This document shows, piece by piece, positions 57,308 through 64,000 of a stretch of DNA of 64,000 nucleotides. The notes under the pieces were generated by a model that saw nothing but the letters and a program-made list of their open reading frames with translations, was not told where the DNA came from and did not search any database. Made by a program: the position numbers and the translations under genes. Within the stretch, counting starts at the first letter, position 1, and each line of letters starts with the position of its first letter. Source of the stretch: Kangiellaceae bacterium. Lineage in GTDB: Bacteria > Pseudomonadota > Gammaproteobacteria > Enterobacterales > Kangiellaceae. The stretch lies in contig JBFHVL010000001.1 in NCBI GenBank assembly GCA_041589565.1, forward strand, positions 38,364 to 102,363. The letters are read 5' to 3'.

Positions 57308-59092
57308 ATGACCGAACAGCTCAGCCAAATTTTGCAACGACTACCTGACACGGGTGCAAAGATCAGTCAGTTGCAACTGCTGTTCAAAACTTTAAATGGG
57401 CAAAGTTTAACCGCTTACTTAGCGCAGCGTTCAAGCCTTATTCAACTGCAATTACCATTAACTCTCAGCAACAATGCGGGAAATTTATCTAATGCACCGC
57501 AAATCGAGACCACAATAAATGATGGAAAGCTGGCTCAACTTATCAGCAGTATTAGACTTCCTATAACCTTGACTCTCGTCCCCCAGCTCCAGCAAAACAG
57601 AGTCACCATGGAAGTCATTGACGATCTCAAGCAGTTAGTTAAACAAAATCAAATATCGTCTTCAGTCGCAAAATCATTGATTAACGAGCTGTCGAGAGTG
57701 TTCTCACAATCTAAGCCATTAATTGAGTTTCAGTTAAATCGCCAGGCTTCCCCACATTACACGACTAATTTATTGCCGATCCAAAAGTCAATTGAAAGCT
57801 CAAGCTATCAGTCCCAACTCCTGCAAACAAAATCTTTAATAACACACACCGTTCCAAAAGCTCTTTCCGGTAAGTTACCCGATATGAACGCAGGATCCAT
57901 TTCAAATTCCGAAAAATCCAGCGTATCGACACGAGTTTTAAATAACAGTGCTATGCTGATTAAGCAATTGGTCGCCAATAGTTTAAACACAGAAGAGAAG
58001 CCCAAGGCGAATACGCATCAGACTATAGTTAACAAAGAGTCTGTAGTACCCAACAAAACACCTATCAATACTTATCAGCAAAACCTGTCTGCCAAACTCT
58101 CAGAGCTACCCTCACAACAGTTAGCATTACAACACTTTAAAAACTTGTTACAACAAGATGTATTGTTACAAAAACCAGTGCATCAAATCTTAAACCAGTT
58201 GCAAACCTTATTACCCAAAATCAATGAGTCGCTTAAGTTGCCCGAACAACAAACCCAATTTTTTCTTGATACACTAAAACGACTACCTCAAGGAAAACAG
58301 CTTACCGCCGATTCATTAAAACAGCTTATACAAAATTCGGGGGTCTTTCGTGAAGTCCGATTAAAATCCTGGCTTGAGCATCAAGGAGCCCCTGCCACCT
58401 CTCCCTTAAATAGCTCGCAGCCCTCAACGCCAGTTTTAGCCAGTTTAGTGCTAGGCGGAGATATAAAAAATCTGTTTGCATCACTGCAATATCTTTTAGT
58501 AGGTGCCGCTTCACCCTTTTTAAACGAAAACACCAAGCCCATACAAGGCTCTTTACTTCGGACCCTTATCTCTCAGTTACAACATCGACTACCCAGTCAA
58601 AGGCAAGATGCCGTGGCAATACGTAAGCAACTTTTGCTGCAGGTGGTAGGAGAAATAGAATCTGGTCTTTCCCGCACTCGTATCTTACAACATCATAATT
58701 TGCCAAATGAGACAGGTACCACTCAACCCTGGTTATTTGAGTTACCTTTAAGCCAAGGTAAACAATTTTCCAGTGTGCAATTAAAACTGGAACAAGAACA
58801 AACAAACGAAAAGAACAAGCCAACTAAAATATGGCGTGTAACTATACGCTTTGAATTTGAACACTTAGGAGCGTTTAGCGCATTGGCCGAACTAAAAAAT
58901 GAGAAAATTGGTATTCGATTTTTCGCCGAGCGACCAGAAACTTTGGCGTTGCTGGATCATGAACTAGGAACTCTTGAGTCATCACTAGCAAAGGTGGGAT
59001 TGAAACTTGAGCAAGGTCAATCAAAAATTAAGAAAGTTCCATCGCTGATCGGTCAAACTAAAGATGCAGCATTGCTTGATGTCATCATTTAG
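57308..59092 (+). CDS. FliK-like protein (C-terminal flagellar hook-length-control domain)
   Basis: 594 aa. A Q/L/S/N-rich, low-complexity N-terminal two-thirds is followed by a C-terminal block WRVTIRFEFEHLGAFSALAELKNEKIGIRFFAERPETLALLDHELGTLESSLAKVGL that resembles the Flg_hook domain. Confidence 0.6.
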   Translation: MTEQLSQILQRLPDTGAKISQLQLLFKTLNGQSLTAYLAQRSSLIQLQLPLTLSNNAGNLSNAPQIETTINDGKLAQLISSIRLPITLTLVPQLQQNRVTMEVIDDLKQLVKQNQISSSVAKSLINELSRVFSQSKPLIEFQLNRQASPHYTTNLLPIQKSIESSSYQSQLLQTKSLITHTVPKALSGKLPDMNAGSISNSEKSSVSTRVLNNSAMLIKQLVANSLNTEEKPKANTHQTIVNKESVVPNKTPINTYQQNLSAKLSELPSQQLALQHFKNLLQQDVLLQKPVHQILNQLQTLLPKINESLKLPEQQTQFFLDTLKRLPQGKQLTADSLKQLIQNSGVFREVRLKSWLEHQGAPATSPLNSSQPSTPVLASLVLGGDIKNLFASLQYLLVGAASPFLNENTKPIQGSLLRTLISQLQHRLPSQRQDAVAIRKQLLLQVVGEIESGLSRTRILQHHNLPNETGTTQPWLFELPLSQGKQFSSVQLKLEQEQTNEKNKPTKIWRVTIRFEFEHLGAFSALAELKNEKIGIRFFAERPETLALLDHELGTLESSLAKVGLKLEQGQSKIKKVPSLIGQTKDAALLDVII

Positions 59093-59123
59093 CTAATTAA
59101 CGCTCTATAGATAGGTTATCTGT

Positions 59124-59396
59124 ATGGACAACGAGAAAATCAACAAAGCCACTGCACTTCATTACGATGGTGAAAATGCACCTAAAGTAGTCGCCAAAGG
59201 TGCAGGCTCACTTGCAGAAGAAATCATCAGGATTGCTGAAGAGCATGATGTATTTGTACACGAAGATCCTATTCTGGTTGATGTACTTCAGCAACTCGAG
59301 CTGGGCGATGAGATCCCGGAACAACTCTACTTGGCTGTCGCAAAAATAATCGCTTTTGCTTATGGTCTGCAGGATAAAGTACCCGAAACGAATTGA
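59124..59396 (+). CDS. FlhB C-terminal-domain-like protein (EscU/YscU/HrcU switch-domain family)
   Basis: 90 aa. ATALHYDGENAPKVVAKGAG...IPEQLYLAVAKIIAFAY aligns with the FlhB segment just after the NPTH cleavage site. There is no TM domain. Confidence 0.75.
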   Translation: MDNEKINKATALHYDGENAPKVVAKGAGSLAEEIIRIAEEHDVFVHEDPILVDVLQQLELGDEIPEQLYLAVAKIIAFAYGLQDKVPETN

Positions 59397-59584
59397 TTCT
59401 ATCGACTTACCAGAGACTAAAGATTCGATGTACTTTTCAATTAATATTACAAATAAGAATTATACGCATTATATTTACTAACAACTTGAAAAATCACGCT
59501 TTTCTTTGACTTACTCTGCTCTATCGCTTACCCTTTTTGTTTGTAGTCTTCACCCTAAATTAGAATTAGCCAGCGAGGCTTATC

Positions 59585-60049
59585 ATGAAAGGCGATAAAA
59601 GCGTCATTGATTTTCTTAATAAAGTTTTGACCGTAGAATTAACTTCCATAAACCAATACTTTCTTCATGCCCGAATGTATCGAAACTGGGGACTCGAGAA
59701 ACTCAACGAAAAGGCTTATAAAAAGTCGATCAAAGATATGAAGCAGGCTGACGATCTAATCGAGCGTATATTGTTTCTGGAAGGACTACCTAACTTACAA
59801 AAACTCGACAAAATTAGAATTGGTGAACACACCGAAGAAATGCTCAAATGTGATATGTCATTTCAGCTGGATCAGTTAAAGCTATTACGTGACGCGATTA
59901 AACACTGCGAAGACAAACAGGATTACGTGAGTCGAGATCTGCTTGAAGATATTTTAGAATATGAAGAAGAACACCTTGACTGGATTGAGGCACAGCAATA
60001 CCTGATAGAAAATACCGGCCTCGACAATTACTTACAGTCACAAATTTAA
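59585..60049 (+). CDS. bfr: Bacterioferritin subunit, heme-ligand type (Met52 present, ferroxidase ligands degenerate)
   Basis: Aligned by eye to E. coli Bfr: E18, M52, E127 and H130 are kept, but E51 is D, H54 is Q and E94 is Q. Confidence 0.88.
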   Translation: MKGDKSVIDFLNKVLTVELTSINQYFLHARMYRNWGLEKLNEKAYKKSIKDMKQADDLIERILFLEGLPNLQKLDKIRIGEHTEEMLKCDMSFQLDQLKLLRDAIKHCEDKQDYVSRDLLEDILEYEEEHLDWIEAQQYLIENTGLDNYLQSQI

Positions 60050-60064
60050 CAGGAGCGCAATCGA

Positions 60065-60532
60065 ATGAAAGGTAACGCAGAAGTTATCAAGTCCTTAAAT
60101 GAGTTACTCGCGTTAGAGCTAACTGCCATGGATCAGTACTTCATCCACTCGCGAATGTATGATGACTGGGGAATGAAAAAGCTTTTTGAGCGAATCGATC
60201 ATGAGTTTGATGACGAAAAAGGTCATGCTTCTGCTCTAATTGAGCGAATTCTATTTTTAGAAGGCACTCCAGATATGGTAACGCGGCAGCCACTGCGTAT
60301 AGGAAAAACAGTGCCCGAAATGTTGGAAAACGATCTCAAAGTTGAATACGAAGTAGACAAAGCGTTAAAAGACGCCATAAAGCTTTGTGAAGATAAAAAA
60401 GATTTTCACAGCCGTGCAGTGTTGCAAAAACTACTAGAAGATACCGAGGTCGATCACGCCTACTGGCTAGAGCAACAGCTGGGATTAATCGATAAAATTG
60501 GATTACAAAACTACATTCAATCTCAAATGTAA
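60065..60532 (+). CDS. bfr: Bacterioferritin subunit, ferroxidase type (Met52 replaced by Lys)
   Basis: E18, E51, H54, E94 and the E/H equivalents of 127/130 are present. Position 52 is K. Confidence 0.88.
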   Translation: MKGNAEVIKSLNELLALELTAMDQYFIHSRMYDDWGMKKLFERIDHEFDDEKGHASALIERILFLEGTPDMVTRQPLRIGKTVPEMLENDLKVEYEVDKALKDAIKLCEDKKDFHSRAVLQKLLEDTEVDHAYWLEQQLGLIDKIGLQNYIQSQM

Positions 60533-60546
60533 CTCAGGCCTCAAAC

Positions 60547-60578
60547 AAAAAAGCGTAATCCGAAATTACGCTTTTTTT
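60547..60578. terminator. Bidirectional terminator between bfr and slp
   Basis: agcgtaat-ccgaa-attacgct hairpin with an A-run before and T7 after. Confidence 0.65.
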
Positions 60579-60580
60579 GA

Positions 60581-61177
60581 TTATTTCTTTTTATTTACCT
60601 TTTTATTTTTAGACGGTGGTGGTGAACTGGCGTCATTGGGCTGAGTCTTTTGCCCTTTGTGGACAGGGTAGTAATGCCAATGCGGATGATAGTAGTAGCG
60701 GTGTGGGAAAGCCGGCCAATAAGTTGCACCCCAATAATGAACCTCTTTAACGAGTGGACGTTTTTTCCATAAATAATGTCCAGTGACTCGAACCACTGGA
60801 TACATATAAGTCATATCACCTACTTTACCTTCGATCATATCCGACAATTGACCAACAACCGTAATTTCTCGACCTTTTTCATAAACAACGGGATCGATAA
60901 AATCGGGAATAATAGCTAAAAATCGGCCACCGGATGCATCAACATCGTTTGGTCGCGCCGACGACCCTAAAGGTTTAGCGACTATTTCAATGACAGACTG
61001 GTTGTTTTGGTTATCGACCTTGGCAATCACGCCACCCCACCGGACATTTGGTGACGACTCAAGATTACGCGCCTGCTGTATGCTCAACGGCTGATAATCA
61101 CCCTGAATTTGAGTTGGAATTGTGTTGCAACCCGTAACCATTGTAGAAATCATTAAAACAATTAGTAAGCGAAACAT
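60581..61177 (-). CDS. slp: Slp-family outer-membrane lipoprotein
   Basis: Lipobox MVTGC and a conserved VRWGG.I core. It has an unusual His/Tyr/Trp/Pro-rich, Lys-rich C-terminal tail. Confidence 0.7.
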   Translation of the reverse strand: MFRLLIVLMISTMVTGCNTIPTQIQGDYQPLSIQQARNLESSPNVRWGGVIAKVDNQNNQSVIEIVAKPLGSSARPNDVDASGGRFLAIIPDFIDPVVYEKGREITVVGQLSDMIEGKVGDMTYMYPVVRVTGHYLWKKRPLVKEVHYWGATYWPAFPHRYYYHPHWHYYPVHKGQKTQPNDASSPPPSKNKKVNKKK

Positions 61178-61319
61178 GGATATTACTCAGTTGGCATGAA
61201 AATATTTGGACTAAAAGTAACGCTTTTAATACCAAATAACAAAGAAATCTTCACAAACAATCCTAAAGAAATGTCTGCTCATCGATTATAAACGAGCAAC
61301 AGAAAAGAAAGTTGACGCC

Positions 61320-61667
61320 TCATGCAAAAATATCGATACCCAACAATTCAGAAACATCCTGGCGCTGTTGCTGATCATTGACTTCGTTAAACCGATTAAC
61401 CGCTTGTTGCGCTCTGAAGTTCAGATCGGAATTATCATCCCTGCGCACTCGGGAGTTCTCTGCCTCTAGCTGCTGAACCGCTTGAGCGCGGCGAACTTCC
61501 GTTTGTTCCTGGCTTGTTTCGGTTTCGGCTTCTCTGGCAACCGGCTCTGGCTGTTGTGGACGTGCCTGTTGCTCACGCTCAAGCTGTGTTCGATTATTCG
61601 AGAGCGAGTTCTGATTCGGATTTATAAACCCATTGGCTGCGCTTATTTCAACTGGCATAGGATTCAC
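61320..61667 (-). CDS. Hypothetical Q/E/R-rich (probably disordered) protein
   Basis: 115-aa ORF with no recognisable domain. Coding status is inferred only from length and position. Confidence 0.4.
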   Translation of the reverse strand: MNPMPVEISAANGFINPNQNSLSNNRTQLEREQQARPQQPEPVAREAETETSQEQTEVRRAQAVQQLEAENSRVRRDDNSDLNFRAQQAVNRFNEVNDQQQRQDVSELLGIDIFA

Positions 61668-61774
61668 CGTAATTTCACAATAAGTCGGTATTATTAACTG
61701 TCTACAAGCAAGTAATTATAGCCGCAATTGGTTATTTTTTCATCTTCAACAGCAACCTGAGCCTAGCATTAGAG

Positions 61775-62494
61775 CTAAAGTAGCCCTGGTTTTTGTGATT
61801 TTTTTGCCACCTGATTTCTTAGGTAAACAGGTACCGCTTGCTCGGGCAAGTGAGCTTGTGCTTTGTAGTGCTCAAATTCTGCCAATAGCAGCGCAGTACC
61901 GGCCTTTGGAAACGCCTCTGTAATTTGAAAATGAGGCGTTATAGATAAATAGTGCTTCAACTCTTTTTCGTAAACGTCCCAGCCGGAGCCTATAGTGACC
62001 ATGCGCTCCTGGGGGTCAAGCTCTAAAGCGGACAGTTTCTCGGGAGCGATAACCTGCTCTTCGATGATCGCTGTTGGCCAGACTTTTCCGTCACTCGCGG
62101 TTCTTTCCGCACGAAATGCTGCAACGTAAACTTCGCCCATTCTGGCATCCATCGCCACTATCGCGATCGTGGCGTCAGTTTGCTGAAATGCCTGATGCGC
62201 CAGGTTTTGTAACGAAGAAACACCTATCATAGGACAATCTGCTCCCATAGCCAGGCCTTGAGCAGCCGAAATAGCAATACGCACACCGGTAAAAGCGCCC
62301 GGACCACGACCATAGACCACTTGCGAAACATCCCGCATAGTAGCACCAGCTTCGATTAGCAGCTGATCCAACACAGGTAGTAGTTTATCGCCATGCTCGC
62401 GGGGAGCAATCTCAAAATGCTCGTACACAAAGCCGTCTTTTTTAACGGCGACAGAAAAGGCTTCAGTTGCAGTGTCGATAGCAAGAGCGATCAT
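61775..62494 (-). CDS. tsaB: tRNA t6A37 biosynthesis protein TsaB (YeaZ)
   Basis: N-terminus ALAIDTATEAFSVAV and a GPGAFTGVRI motif. There is a 4-nt overlap with the upstream helicase gene. Confidence 0.88.
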   Translation of the reverse strand: MIALAIDTATEAFSVAVKKDGFVYEHFEIAPREHGDKLLPVLDQLLIEAGATMRDVSQVVYGRGPGAFTGVRIAISAAQGLAMGADCPMIGVSSLQNLAHQAFQQTDATIAIVAMDARMGEVYVAAFRAERTASDGKVWPTAIIEEQVIAPEKLSALELDPQERMVTIGSGWDVYEKELKHYLSITPHFQITEAFPKAGTALLLAEFEHYKAQAHLPEQAVPVYLRNQVAKKSQKPGLL

Positions 62495-64000
62495 AAGTTT
62501 TCCAAAAACTCCAAAACCAGCTGTTGATTACGGGTAGGTAGCATAGTCGGCAGATCGGCAAGAAACTTTCGCCCATAATCACGTGCGATAAGTCTCGGAT
62601 CGGCAATCATTAGTACGCCTTTGTCGTGAATACCGCGAATCAATCGACCAGCACCCTGTTTCAGCGCAATGATAGCATCAGGTAGCTGAAATGTGTGAAA
62701 AGCATCCTTACCCTGCTGCTTGAGCGCAGTAATACGCGCTTGATTAACTGGATCACCAGGTGAAGCAAAAGGTAGCTTATCGATAGCAACAAAGGATAAT
62801 GCATCCCCTGCTACATCAACACCTTCCCAAAAGCTGAAAGTCCCGAGCAGCACGCTGTTGGGAGTTTTACGAAACTGCTCCAGCAAAAACGTCTTACTGG
62901 CCTGCCCCTGAACAAACAAATTGTACTCACGATGATGTGACAGGAGTTCGGAGGCCTCCTGCAAGGCACGGTGACTGGTAAACAAAAGAAATGCACGACC
63001 TTTGGATGCTTGCAACAGTGGCAAACATTGCTCAACAAAGTCTTGTGTATGCGAAAGACTGGAAGGGTTTTTCAGGTAACGTGGTAAATACAGCAGTGCC
63101 TGTGTTTGATAGTCAAACGGCGACGGATAAACCCGCTTTTGTGCTTGTTGCAACCCCAGCTTTTGTTGGTAATGCTGAAACTCCCGGTTGACCGCCAATG
63201 TAGCCGAGGTCATTACCCAGGCAGCATTCTGATGCGCGGCCTTGGCATTTTGAAACGACTTGGCGATATTAAGGGGCGTTGTATTCAGTGAAAAACTTTT
63301 ACGATAGCCCTCAATCCATTGAACTACCTCTGACTCGTCATCTGCTAAAAACAGCTCTGCTTTCGCGGACAGTGATTCAGCTCGCTCGTATAAATTTTCC
63401 AGTTCACGACTTCGAATAACCTGTGTCTTTAAAATATCGGTAAGAGCATCGAGCGTTTCGGCAAGTTGGTTAAACGCGTCTCGAACATTGCCTTGCTCTC
63501 GATATCGACGCCAAAATTGACGAGGCACATCATCGCCTAACACTATTCGAAAATCCGCTACCTGCTTTTCCAAAGACTCTGCCAAACGCCTTAAGTCAAT
63601 GCAATCAGACGCATCTGAGTGGTAGGCAATCACACAGTCTCTTGCCAGCTCCATCAGCTGGCGTGACGAAAGATTTTGACCAAAAAACGCCGACGCAACG
63701 TCCGGTAACTGATGCGCTTCATCCACTACATACGCATCGGCTCTCGGTAGCAGCTCACCAAAGCCGTCTTCTTTTAAAACCAGATCTGCCATTAACAAGT
63801 GATGGTTAATCACCACAATATCGCTTTCCATCGCATGCTTTCTGGCACGGGCTACATAACACTCGTTGTAATAGCCACAATCACTACCAAGACAATTATC
63901 TGCAGTACTGGTGACAAGAGGTAATGCTTGCGCGTCATCCGATAAAAAGGTCGTCTGACTCAAATCACCGTCGGTAGTCTTTTCACTCCAATTTCGAATT
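62491..64000 (-). CDS. yoaA: DinG-family ATP-dependent DNA helicase YoaA (5' end outside the window)
   Basis: Fe-S Cys cluster (CLGSDCGYYNECY), DEAH box VVDEAHQL, and C-terminal helicase motifs (QG.GRLIR). The reading frame stays open to position 64000. Confidence 0.85.
   Translation of the reverse strand, partial: IRNWSEKTTDGDLSQTTFLSDDAQALPLVTSTADNCLGSDCGYYNECYVARARKHAMESDIVVINHHLLMADLVLKEDGFGELLPRADAYVVDEAHQLPDVASAFFGQNLSSRQLMELARDCVIAYHSDASDCIDLRRLAESLEKQVADFRIVLGDDVPRQFWRRYREQGNVRDAFNQLAETLDALTDILKTQVIRSRELENLYERAESLSAKAELFLADDESEVVQWIEGYRKSFSLNTTPLNIAKSFQNAKAAHQNAAWVMTSATLAVNREFQHYQQKLGLQQAQKRVYPSPFDYQTQALLYLPRYLKNPSSLSHTQDFVEQCLPLLQASKGRAFLLFTSHRALQEASELLSHHREYNLFVQGQASKTFLLEQFRKTPNSVLLGTFSFWEGVDVAGDALSFVAIDKLPFASPGDPVNQARITALKQQGKDAFHTFQLPDAIIALKQGAGRLIRGIHDKGVLMIADPRLIARDYGRKFLADLPTMLPTRNQQLVLEFLENL

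Noticed and set aside
57227-57337. N-terminal 37-codon extension of ccmA overlapping the divergent FliK-like gene start.
   Set aside because: CcmA homology starts later, and the extension has no similarity. It would also force a 30-nt overlap of two divergent genes. The exact start (I propose the TTG at 57226) remains uncertain.
59440-59480. AT-rich segment upstream of bfr that might be a Fur box.
   Set aside because: The best alignment to GATAATGATAATCATTATC that I could make by eye matched only about 10 of 19 positions. This cannot be distinguished from AT-rich promoter DNA.

Overview
This 64-kb window looks like a core chromosomal segment of a roughly 44% GC, probably marine, gammaproteobacterium. 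The genus cannot be determined from the sequence alone. Most of it is housekeeping in enterobacterial/Vibrio-like synteny: serS-crcB-rarA-lolA-ftsK-lrp, ald, trxB, aat-bpt-infA-clpA-clpS-cspD, monomeric icd, rluE-nudJ-mnmA-hflD, acnB, gcdH, prpBC, class I fumarase, pabB, sdaA, a complete ccmABCDEFGHI operon, two bfr genes, tsaB and yoaA.

Four stretches are less ordinary:
- 47.9-50.0 kb (the stand-out): a three-gene cassette on the minus strand. It encodes a Sec-signal peptide whose mature region is six tandem repeats carrying 12 EGKCG motifs, followed by a DUF692/MNIO-type enzyme and a DUF2063 partner. This is the architecture of methanobactin/bufferin/HvfABC-type copper-binding RiPPs.
- 41.4-46.9 kb: a signalling cluster with a REC-TPR regulator, a sensor-less histidine kinase, a membrane-anchored unknown, a STAS protein, a REC-PP2C phosphatase and a stand-alone PilZ.
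- 57.3-59.4 kb: an orphan FliK-like/FlhB-C-terminal-like pair next to ccmA.
- 20.8-24.4 kb: a lipid-remodelling neighbourhood (YhhN, desaturase, FabR with a recognisable operator, ceramidase-like protein).

I saw no rRNA, tRNA, CRISPR array, IS element or integrase. All calls rest on reading the supplied translations and the DNA by eye. No searches were run.
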